In this document: positions 56,562 to 64,000 of the stretch, in pieces | How positions within the stretch are numbered: the first letter of the stretch is position 1 | Layout: each line of letters opens with the position of its first letter | NCBI GenBank assembly: GCA_963677925.2 | Contig: CAXXYH010000004.1 | Location: forward strand, 608,001-672,000 | Source: Spirochaetia bacterium | GTDB lineage: Bacteria > Spirochaetota > Spirochaetia > UBA9216 | DNA: 64,000 nt | Direction: 5' to 3' | Notes under the pieces: model-generated | Told to the model about the DNA's origin: nothing | Database searches by the model: none | The model's input: the letters and a program-made list of their open reading frames with translations, nothing else | Position numbers and translations under genes: made by a program

Positions 56562-58367
56562 TTGAAATATTTGATTGCAGCTTTGCCTGTTCTTTTTATT
56601 TTTACCGTATTTATGCCTGCTCAGGACGTTGATGTAACCGGCTCCGGTTACAGAACTTATCTGGATGGTATCTGGAGTGTTCAGTACGGCGATGCTGTTG
56701 AAGAAGATAGCTGGGAAGACATTGTCTTTCCGGACCTGAAATTTGCTTTTCCGGATGATTCAAATCTAATCTGGTTCATGCGGACCTTTTCTGTTGATGC
56801 TTCCATACAGGATGAGCCCCTCGGGTTGTTTCTGGGAAAGCTGCCGGATTCCAGTGAAATCTATTTAAACGGTTCTCTTCTTCTCCGCAGCGGGAGACAG
56901 GCTCCCGAAGAATATTTTCCCGAAACATTTACTGCCTTCAGTACAATTCTTCCTTCTGGACTGATCAAATATGATGAAAGTAATGTTCTGCTTCTAAAGG
57001 TTTACAGTGAAAGACACACTGGTGCTCTCCCCTCGATGTTTATTTCAACACCTGGTGATGCTAAAACGAAAACTATAAAAATTAATACCCTGAATTCCTA
57101 TCTTGGCCTGGCCACAACAGTTATAACTCTGCTGACAGCCTTGTATTTCGGTGTTATGTTTGTTATGGACAGAAAAACCATCGGATATCTGTATATGGTG
57201 ATCGGTTCTTTGGGGTTCTCTGTAAATTCAGGCATTCTGTATATAACCGGCAGTCCGTTTTCATACCTGACCATGTTTAAGATTTACATCATCGCGCTCT
57301 ACTGGGGAATTGCCGGTATTCAGCTGTTTGTTATGTATCTGGGTGAATTTGATCTAAAGCTGAGATCCAGAATTTTTATACTGGCTGTAACCGCGGCAAT
57401 TTCAATTGCCGCCGTTCTGATACCGGATCTGAGGAGCACTCTCTTTTACAATGATAATGTAATCTATCTGATTTGGGTAATTCCGATGCTTATGATGCTT
57501 CTTTATGTTACCATCCGGGGCATCCGGGAAAAAGTAAAGTTCATGTACTTCATTCTCGGGGGGGCTATTGTAGCTATACTGAGCGGAGGAAGAGACATTC
57601 TGCTTCTGCAGCTCAATATTGCTCCTGATTTTTATTCAAATCTCATTGGACTTACTGCGCTTATCGTCAGTGTTTTCATAACATATGCTGCACAGTTCAA
57701 CTATAATGAGAGGCTCTTACGGATACAGGCCCATAAACTTGCGCAGATGACAGAGAATCTGGAAGGTCTTGTAAAGGAACGGACGAAGGAACTTGAGAAT
57801 GCATATCAGGAGCTTTCCCATCAGGCGGTTACCGATATGCTTACCGGAACATTCAACCGTCTTGAATACAGCCGGGTACTTGAGAGTGAGAATGCACAGT
57901 TCAAGCGGACAGGCCAGAATTACGCGGTTATTTATATCGACCTTGATAATTTTAAATATATCAACGATACCTACGGCCATGCTTCCGGTGATTTTGTCCT
58001 GCTTGAAATATCAAAACTGCTTAAAGATTGCAAAAGAAGCTCTGATTTTTTATTCAGGATGGGCGGTGATGAATTCCTGATACTTATGACCAATACCAGC
58101 TCCGGAAAGGATGCGATTAATCTTGTCGATCGAATCTATCAGCAAATCGAGAAAAAAGAATACTTAAGACCTGCCTTATCGAAGTTTACCGGCGAAGAGA
58201 TAGTTTACCCTGAAGATAAAAAACTCTCACTTACAATAGGTATCAGCTCTACAGATATCTCAAATGTAACATCGCTTCATGATCTGCTCTTCCAGGCTGA
58301 TATGGCCCTTCTTGATGCAAAAGTTTCGGGTAAAAACCGGTATGCTTTTTATGAGAAGTCATTATAA
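56562..58367 (+). CDS. 7TM diguanylate cyclase with extracellular sugar-binding-like (7TM-DISM-type) domain
   Basis: TTG start with SD GGAGG; LDG.W, W..RTF, EIYLNG and N.L.LKV beta-sandwich motifs; 7 TM; RSSD and RMGGDEF. Confidence 0.85.
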   Translation: MKYLIAALPVLFIFTVFMPAQDVDVTGSGYRTYLDGIWSVQYGDAVEEDSWEDIVFPDLKFAFPDDSNLIWFMRTFSVDASIQDEPLGLFLGKLPDSSEIYLNGSLLLRSGRQAPEEYFPETFTAFSTILPSGLIKYDESNVLLLKVYSERHTGALPSMFISTPGDAKTKTIKINTLNSYLGLATTVITLLTALYFGVMFVMDRKTIGYLYMVIGSLGFSVNSGILYITGSPFSYLTMFKIYIIALYWGIAGIQLFVMYLGEFDLKLRSRIFILAVTAAISIAAVLIPDLRSTLFYNDNVIYLIWVIPMLMMLLYVTIRGIREKVKFMYFILGGAIVAILSGGRDILLLQLNIAPDFYSNLIGLTALIVSVFITYAAQFNYNERLLRIQAHKLAQMTENLEGLVKERTKELENAYQELSHQAVTDMLTGTFNRLEYSRVLESENAQFKRTGQNYAVIYIDLDNFKYINDTYGHASGDFVLLEISKLLKDCKRSSDFLFRMGGDEFLILMTNTSSGKDAINLVDRIYQQIEKKEYLRPALSKFTGEEIVYPEDKKLSLTIGISSTDISNVTSLHDLLFQADMALLDAKVSGKNRYAFYEKSL

Positions 58368-58377
58368 ATAAATTGAC

Positions 58378-58406
58378 TTGACAATAGTATCAACGGAAAA
58401 TATTAT
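58378..58406 (+). promoter_or_regulatory. Sigma70-type promoter upstream of the riboswitch
   Basis: TTGACA-17-TATTAT; predicted TSS near 58413, at the 5' edge of the RNA motif. Confidence 0.75.
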
Positions 58407-58413
58407 GATTCAT

Positions 58414-58512
58414 AACTCCGAACCTTTATCTCCTAAAATCCGGAAGGATCATGGGTTGAGGTCGATGGGTTCAGCGGGAAACTGTTGTGCCTTCCGTGTT
58501 TGAAAAGGAGAA
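58414..58512 (+). ncRNA. Moco RNA motif riboswitch (RF01055-like), apparently the P3-less 'Tuco' type
   Basis: CTCCGA...AAAGGAG P1; P2 with CCTAAA/CATGG tetraloop-receptor variant; CAGCGG-GAAA-CTGTTG GAAA hairpin; GCCTTCCGTGTTTGAAAAGGAG 3' consensus; lies upstream of a WtpA-like gene. Confidence 0.85.
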
Positions 58513-58677
58513 AATAAAAAACTGATCATGGCTTTAATGACCTGAAAAAAGTTTCTTATTAAATTACCCGAATCAGGATTAAGAAAGTACTCAGATCCTT
58601 CGGGCAATTCACACCTCTTATACAGATTCAGGAAGACAGGACCGTACTCCCCTTAATTTTACTAGACGGAGGCTTTA

Positions 58678-60000
58678 ATGTCTGAATACCTCGAATATCT
58701 GCCTGAATTGAAAAGCACCACACTCTTTCAGGGAATAGACGACTCTGAATTAATATCTCTTCTTGATGCCATGAGCCCTGAAATTGTCTGCAGGAAGGCC
58801 GGCACGGCGGGTGTGCCGCAGATAGACTTTGATGAAGGGCTATTCTGTGTTGTGCTCAGGGGGAAGCCATTGGACCAGCTTGAACCCCGGCCTGATGTTT
58901 ACAACATGCCTAAAATAACAGAACCGGGAATGATGATGGGAGAAATTCCCTGTCTGTCTGAGATGCTGAAAAGCCGGGCTCCAAAAATCAGATTCAGAGG
59001 CGGCGGGCATTCGGGACCCAGACATGACGACTTCGATCTTTATATGCTCCGAATGAGCGGAGAAATGGTTACCCGCTTTTACGGCATAGAGCATAGTCGT
59101 GCACAGGGACAGATGCTGCGGAATTTTCTCGGTATCCTGGCTCAGAAGGTGACTGATGTTCGAAAAGAGAAAGTCCAGCTGAGCTCTGATTATGATAAGG
59201 AGCTGTCTCCATACCGCCTGAATATTCTCTGTGCCGGTGTCTCACTCAAGCTGGTTAAGCAAACAGCTGAGATGTGGAATAAGATGCATCCTGAGCTTCC
59301 GGCAGTTGTTACCCCTGGCGGTTCTGTAGATATTATACGTGACTGTATAAGCGGTTATCCCTGCGACCTTCTTATTTCAGCAGATGATTCCATTATTGAG
59401 TCGATGCTGATGCCTGATTATGTTTCCGGTTACCGAATCTGGGGCGGGAATAAAATGGTTATCTGCGGAGAAGGTATATCTCTTGACAACTGGATTAACA
59501 GACTTTCAGCTTCCGACGCTTCATTTAAGCACAAGGATCCATACGGAGATCCCGGCGGGTACAGGGCTGTTATGGCAATGCTGCTTGCCGATAAGGTTGA
59601 ACCGGGCCTCTCGGACAGGTTAATGAATCATCCAGGTCATATCGGCATGGAGAAAAATCCCGGTCCTTTTGGAAATATGAAGCCTGCGGATTATTCGTTT
59701 ACCTATCTTAGTGCAGCTGTTTCGATGGGTGTTGATTATACAGAACTGCCCGCAGTTATGGATCTTTCTGATCCTGATCTGGCTTCGGAGTATGCAGATG
59801 TTAGTTTTGCTGTTGATAAAGATAACACTATTACAGCAACACCCATTGCCCATGCACTGGCCATTCCTAAAAGTTCACTGCATCTTTCTGCCGCCGCGGA
59901 ATTTGCTGAACTCTTTCTTAATATCGATAAATCTGAACACGGTTTTCTGCCCAGGGAGGGAATAGCCGGAACCGATCCTCTGACATTAAAAAACAGATAA
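58678..60000 (+). CDS. Fusion: N-terminal Crp/Fnr-like effector domain + C-terminal WtpA/ModA-type tungstate/molybdate-binding domain, no signal peptide
   Basis: N-terminus LFQGI...EL..LL, GE, QMLRNFLGILAQK (Crp C-helix). C-terminus GSV, DLLISAD, DPYGDPGGYRA, DYSFTY.S, ELP..MDLS and PI.HAL.IP, as in WtpA. Confidence 0.75.
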   Translation: MSEYLEYLPELKSTTLFQGIDDSELISLLDAMSPEIVCRKAGTAGVPQIDFDEGLFCVVLRGKPLDQLEPRPDVYNMPKITEPGMMMGEIPCLSEMLKSRAPKIRFRGGGHSGPRHDDFDLYMLRMSGEMVTRFYGIEHSRAQGQMLRNFLGILAQKVTDVRKEKVQLSSDYDKELSPYRLNILCAGVSLKLVKQTAEMWNKMHPELPAVVTPGGSVDIIRDCISGYPCDLLISADDSIIESMLMPDYVSGYRIWGGNKMVICGEGISLDNWINRLSASDASFKHKDPYGDPGGYRAVMAMLLADKVEPGLSDRLMNHPGHIGMEKNPGPFGNMKPADYSFTYLSAAVSMGVDYTELPAVMDLSDPDLASEYADVSFAVDKDNTITATPIAHALAIPKSSLHLSAAAEFAELFLNIDKSEHGFLPREGIAGTDPLTLKNR

Positions 60001-60038
60001 TGTACTCATAAAAGTACTGATTATAAAAGGAGAAACTA

Positions 60039-61130
60039 ATGAATAACTTGAAAAAAATTGTTTTAACGATTCTTGTCGGTATATGCATTACAGCATATCT
60101 TCCGGCGGACAGCAGAGTTGTAACCGTTACCGACATGAGCGGGGATTCGGTTACTGTGAAAGGTGAGGTTCGTAAGATAATTAATCTATGGCCTGCCGGA
60201 ACCTCTTCATTCTTCGTTATGGGTGCCGGTGATCTGATTGTCGGGCTGGCTGTAAACAGCCCGGCTACAATGAACTCCTGGACAAGGCTTTTTTACCCTG
60301 AATGTCAGAGTATTCCGGCTCTCGGTGGAATAACGCCTTCTATAGAGGAGCTGATAAAACTTGATCCGGACCTTGTCATCATTCATCCTTCCAGTGCAAA
60401 GGCGGGGTTTGCTCAGCAGATTCGTGATGTCGGTATTCCCGCAATTAATATTAATTTCAGCGATTATAAAACAATGGTTAAGGCATATACAGTACTTGGG
60501 GAAGTGCTTGGAGGCAAATACCAGCAGCGGTTGAGCAAATGGTGTTCTGAAGTGGAATCAAAGCTTTCAAATGTACGGTCCCTTACCTCAGGCCTCACAG
60601 ACTCAGAACGTCCTGTAGTTTACTATGTTGCCGGCCAGACAGATTCACTGACAAAAACAATGCGTTCAGGCAGTATTATCAATGACTGGGTTGAGTCTGC
60701 TGGAGGTGTATATGCTTCCGACAGGATGGACGTTCCCGGTTCTGATGTTACTCCTGAGGCTGTATTCGCGCTTGATCCTGATGTTATCATCTGCGGCGGT
60801 GTATATCAGCACATAGAAAAAGAACAGATTTCTGTTTCTGAAGGCTGGAATGATCTTCGGGCTGCTGTTGATGAGCGCGTATATACGAACCCTTACGGCT
60901 GTTTCAACTGGGATCGCTTCGGTCTGGAGAGTCAGCTTCAGATTAACTATGCACTCTTAAGGATCCAGCCGAAAATAGCTGCTGCTAACGGTATATCTGA
61001 AGAGTCAGTAATTGAAGAAATTATTGATTTTTACAGTACATATACAGGATTTAATCTGAGCCGTGCACAGGCTGAGAATATGTTTAATGGTTTGACCGCT
61101 GACGGGTCACCGGAAATGTCTGCAAGGTAA
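60039..61130 (+). CDS. Type II ABC transporter substrate-binding protein (BtuF/FecB/MolA-like)
   Basis: Signal peptide; VTDMSG..V, E.LIKLDPDLVI, E.V..LDPDVI, W..L.AV...RVY..P.G.F.WDR. Confidence 0.9.
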   Translation: MNNLKKIVLTILVGICITAYLPADSRVVTVTDMSGDSVTVKGEVRKIINLWPAGTSSFFVMGAGDLIVGLAVNSPATMNSWTRLFYPECQSIPALGGITPSIEELIKLDPDLVIIHPSSAKAGFAQQIRDVGIPAININFSDYKTMVKAYTVLGEVLGGKYQQRLSKWCSEVESKLSNVRSLTSGLTDSERPVVYYVAGQTDSLTKTMRSGSIINDWVESAGGVYASDRMDVPGSDVTPEAVFALDPDVIICGGVYQHIEKEQISVSEGWNDLRAAVDERVYTNPYGCFNWDRFGLESQLQINYALLRIQPKIAAANGISEESVIEEIIDFYSTYTGFNLSRAQAENMFNGLTADGSPEMSAR

Positions 61131-61137
61131 GGCTGCG

Positions 61138-62202
61138 TTGACAGATTTAAATATTAAGAATGAAACTGATCACTCTGCTCCGGGCAGAGTGATCAGTTTT
61201 CCTTTTCCATGGATTTTTTTACTTTCCCTTCTTGTCCTTTTCATGATGTTTACATTTTCCCTGGCTGTCGGCCGCTACAGTATTCCGGTTGATTATACCT
61301 TGCGTATTCTTTTTTCAAAAATAATGGATGTAAACAGGATATGGACAGATATTCAGGAGGCGGTTGTACTTAATCTTAGACTTCCCAGAACTGTTGCCGC
61401 CGTAGTAATCGGTGCGGCATTATCACTCTCCGGTGCAGCCTACCAGAGTATTTTTAAAAACCCTATGGTCTCACCCGATCTCCTGGGGGTTTCTTCCGGT
61501 GCCTGTGTAGGAGCCGCACTTGCCATTCTGTTAAATGCCGGGAATGCAGTTATTCAGCTCAGTGCCTTTACCGGGGGTTTAATTGCTGTAGGAATTACAG
61601 TTTCTATTCCAGCACTTATCCGGAGTAATTCAACCACGATTCTGGTTCTTTCCGGTATTGTTATCAGCAGCCTGATGTCTTCAATCATGAGCATAATAAA
61701 ATTTGTAGCTGATACAGATACCCAGCTTGCAGAGATAACCTACTGGCTGATGGGCTCCTTTGCGTCTATAAAATTTAAACAGATGCTGCCAGTTCTTCCT
61801 ACAATTATTATACCTGCAGCGGTTGTTCTGCTGATGCGGTACAGGCTGAATGTTCTTTCTCTAGGTGATAAGGAAGCGAAATCTCTTGGTGTAAATCTTG
61901 GTCTTACAAGGGGAATATTCATCCTGTGCTCAACTCTTTTAACGGCCGGCTGCGTATGCTTGTCGGGTACTATAGGCTGGGTCGGTCTTGTGATTCCGCA
62001 CACAGCAAGAATGATCATCGGATCCGATAACAAGAAAATGCTGCCTGTAGCAATGACCTGCGGAGCTGTTTTTATGCTGGCAATTGATATTCTCTGCAGA
62101 ACTATTACTACGGCGGAATTAAGGCTTGGAATTTTAACAGGAATAATCGGCGCTCCGTTTTTTATTTTTATATTGTTTAAACAGAAGGACCGGGTAAAAT
62201 GA
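61138..62202 (+). CDS. Type II ABC transporter permease (FecCD/BtuC/MolB-like)
   Basis: LRLPR, GAAYQ.IFKNP..SPD.LGVSSGA, WLMGS, G.IGWVGL.IPH..R, G..TG.IGAPFF. Confidence 0.95.
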   Translation: MTDLNIKNETDHSAPGRVISFPFPWIFLLSLLVLFMMFTFSLAVGRYSIPVDYTLRILFSKIMDVNRIWTDIQEAVVLNLRLPRTVAAVVIGAALSLSGAAYQSIFKNPMVSPDLLGVSSGACVGAALAILLNAGNAVIQLSAFTGGLIAVGITVSIPALIRSNSTTILVLSGIVISSLMSSIMSIIKFVADTDTQLAEITYWLMGSFASIKFKQMLPVLPTIIIPAAVVLLMRYRLNVLSLGDKEAKSLGVNLGLTRGIFILCSTLLTAGCVCLSGTIGWVGLVIPHTARMIIGSDNKKMLPVAMTCGAVFMLAIDILCRTITTAELRLGILTGIIGAPFFIFILFKQKDRVK

Positions 62203-62969
62203 TTCTTGAAGTAGATAATCTAAGTTACTGCTATCATAACAGCAGTAACATTTTTAATGGTGTAAGCTTCTCGCTTGATAAGGGAGAGGTTCTTTCGATC
62301 CTCGGAGTAAACGGCGCAGGTAAATCCACTCTGCTTAATTGTATAGCAAACCTTTTTAAACCAGAGGCGGGTGAGATCAGATTAAACGGAAAAATTATGT
62401 CTTCGATGCATACAAGAGATATAGCCCGTGTTATTGGTTATGTCCCGCAGAGCCATACTCCGGTATATGGATACAGCGTTAGAGAGTACGTTGTTATGGG
62501 AAGGACTCCGTTTATAGGAGCTTTTGCTGTTCCGGGAAGAGATGATTACAGGATTGCGGATGAAGCGCTTGAAAAGATGGAAATAAAACATCTGGGGAAA
62601 AAACTGTATACAGAAATATCCGGAGGTGAAAGGCAGCAGGTTATGATTGCAAGAATTTTCGCTCAGCAGCCTCAGCTTATACTTCTTGATGAACCTACAG
62701 CCCATCTGGATTACGGAAACCAGCACCGCGTTGTCGAAATGATCCGTAGTCTTGCCGGAGAAGGCTACGCAATGATAATGACCACCCACAATCCTGAGCA
62801 TGCATTTATCCTGGATGGGAAGGTCGCTATTCTGAACAGATCCGGTGTTCTTTGCGTTGGTGATTCCGGAGAAACTCTTACCGCCGAAACTCTTTCAAAT
62901 CTTTATTCGCTTCCGATAAAAACCAAGTATGATGAAGATGCAAAAAGAAATATCTGTGTTGTATGCTAA
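62199..62969 (+). CDS. Type II ABC transporter ATP-binding protein
   Basis: GVNGAGKST, ISGGERQ, LDEPTAHLD, TTHNP.HA. Confidence 0.95.
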   Translation: MILEVDNLSYCYHNSSNIFNGVSFSLDKGEVLSILGVNGAGKSTLLNCIANLFKPEAGEIRLNGKIMSSMHTRDIARVIGYVPQSHTPVYGYSVREYVVMGRTPFIGAFAVPGRDDYRIADEALEKMEIKHLGKKLYTEISGGERQQVMIARIFAQQPQLILLDEPTAHLDYGNQHRVVEMIRSLAGEGYAMIMTTHNPEHAFILDGKVAILNRSGVLCVGDSGETLTAETLSNLYSLPIKTKYDEDAKRNICVVC

Positions 62970-63035
62970 AACGCGATGCCCTTATATTATCATATTCCCC
63001 TTGAAGCATCAGATTGTAATTGTTAATCTTATCCA

Positions 63036-63941
63036 ATGCCTTTTAAAGAAATCGCTATTTTTAATATTCCTATCGTATACATTTATCCGCTGCTGATTCT
63101 GATAATATTCAGCACCGTTCTTTTTGTCGTTTTAAAGAATCTAAAAAAAGCGACAATCCGAAGGGAAGAACGCTTCATAAAGAAAGAACATGATAAAGCA
63201 CTGTCAAAGCCGACTAAAACCATGCGCAGAAGCAACGCAAGGAAGCGGAAGTCCGGTCTTGAAAGTATTGAAAAACAATTTACAATAACAAGAAAAATAC
63301 TTATACCCTCTATTCTGCTCCTTGCTCTTATCATTGCCGTAATACCATTTCTGAATCAGGTTCCTGCCGCTATTCTTTCTCTGTTCATCGCGGGATTTTC
63401 ACTGATTCTGGGTATTGCAGTTAAACCGCTGCTGGAAAATGTTTTTGCCGGACTTGTTATCTCCTATTCTAAATCTCTTAATATCGGAGATACTGTAGTT
63501 GTTGATGATAAGTACGGTACTGTTGAAGATATAACCATGTCCTATACAACTATAAAAACCTGGGACTGGAAGCGCTATATACTTCCTAATTCAAAGATGA
63601 TTCAGCAGGAATTTCTAAACCTGACTCTTGTCGAAAAATATCAGTGGGCATATGTAGAGTTTTATGTTGCATATGATACTGATATTGAGAAAGTTAAGGA
63701 GATTGCTCTGAAATGTGCTTCAGAGAATAAACATACTGTTGTTGATAATGTACCCTATTTCTGGGTTATGGATATGAAGGAAGAAAGCTATGTCTGCTGG
63801 ATCGCCTCCTGGACTGAAGATCCCGCGACTGCATGGTCATTTAAAAACGACATCAGAACTGATATGATCATTGAATTTCAGAAAGCCGGTATTAAATCCT
63901 ACTCAATAAAATATTTTATGAATGAAAATCCCCCAGTATAG
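63036..63941 (+). CDS. mscS: Small-conductance mechanosensitive channel family protein
   Basis: LG.A....LEN.FAG, IGD.V, GTVEDI...YT.I.TWD...LPNS. Confidence 0.9.
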   Translation: MPFKEIAIFNIPIVYIYPLLILIIFSTVLFVVLKNLKKATIRREERFIKKEHDKALSKPTKTMRRSNARKRKSGLESIEKQFTITRKILIPSILLLALIIAVIPFLNQVPAAILSLFIAGFSLILGIAVKPLLENVFAGLVISYSKSLNIGDTVVVDDKYGTVEDITMSYTTIKTWDWKRYILPNSKMIQQEFLNLTLVEKYQWAYVEFYVAYDTDIEKVKEIALKCASENKHTVVDNVPYFWVMDMKEESYVCWIASWTEDPATAWSFKNDIRTDMIIEFQKAGIKSYSIKYFMNENPPV

Positions 63942-64000
63942 AAGATATTTCTTGCTGAAAAGACATAAATCGCTTTATAATTATATTTAAATAATAATTA

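Noticed and set aside
58414-58512. Cobalamin riboswitch reading (GGGAA motif, BtuFCD-like genes downstream)
   Set aside because: No recognisable B12 box; the CCTAA/ATGG receptor and the 3' CCGT..TG.AAAGGAG fit the Moco motif better.
1-64000. Transposases, integrases, phage or defence systems, rRNA/tRNA
   Set aside because: No ORF or sequence with such signatures was recognised.

Overview
Gene-dense chromosomal window from an anaerobic bacterium, probably a free-living Spirochaetales member (inferred from the 'FAGGQKE'-type solute-binding protein N-terminus, PPi-PEPCK, TonB/ExbBD and an MCP). I saw no rRNA, tRNA, CRISPR array, transposase or prophage genes. Main blocks: (1) ErcA-like Fe-ADH, a lipoprotein esterase and a YhhN-like protein whose two conserved Asp residues are Asn. 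(2) A ~12 kb uncharacterised reductive-catabolism cluster: double hot-dog dehydratase, LysR, Dpp/Opp ABC importer, two unusual paralogous flavodoxin-like proteins, a small hypothetical protein and an Old Yellow Enzyme with a non-canonical active site. (3) PPi-dependent PEP carboxykinase. (4) Thioesterase, SDR and two paralogous membrane-anchored unknowns. (5) A flavinylated UrdA-like reductase. (6) A complete peptidoglycan amino-sugar recycling locus (CUT1 ABC, anmK, murQ, amidase-like hydrolase, murR, nagZ, Ala-Glu epimerase, nagA, nagB) containing a ~230-nt multi-hairpin intergenic element and an embedded TMEM143/DUF3754 gene. (7) A TetR-associated DUF362-AOR-ferredoxin-MoaD operon followed by exbB-exbD-tonB. 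(8) Orphan sensor kinases, an MCP and two diguanylate cyclases. (9) A Moco/Tuco-type riboswitch leading a cytoplasmic Crp-like/WtpA fusion and a type II (BtuCD/MolBC-like) ABC importer; this is my best candidate for an undescribed system, in tungsten/molybdenum handling. (10) mscS. At least six genes look leaderless (-10 box, 6 nt, ATG). All family calls come from motif recognition by eye; no database searches were run.
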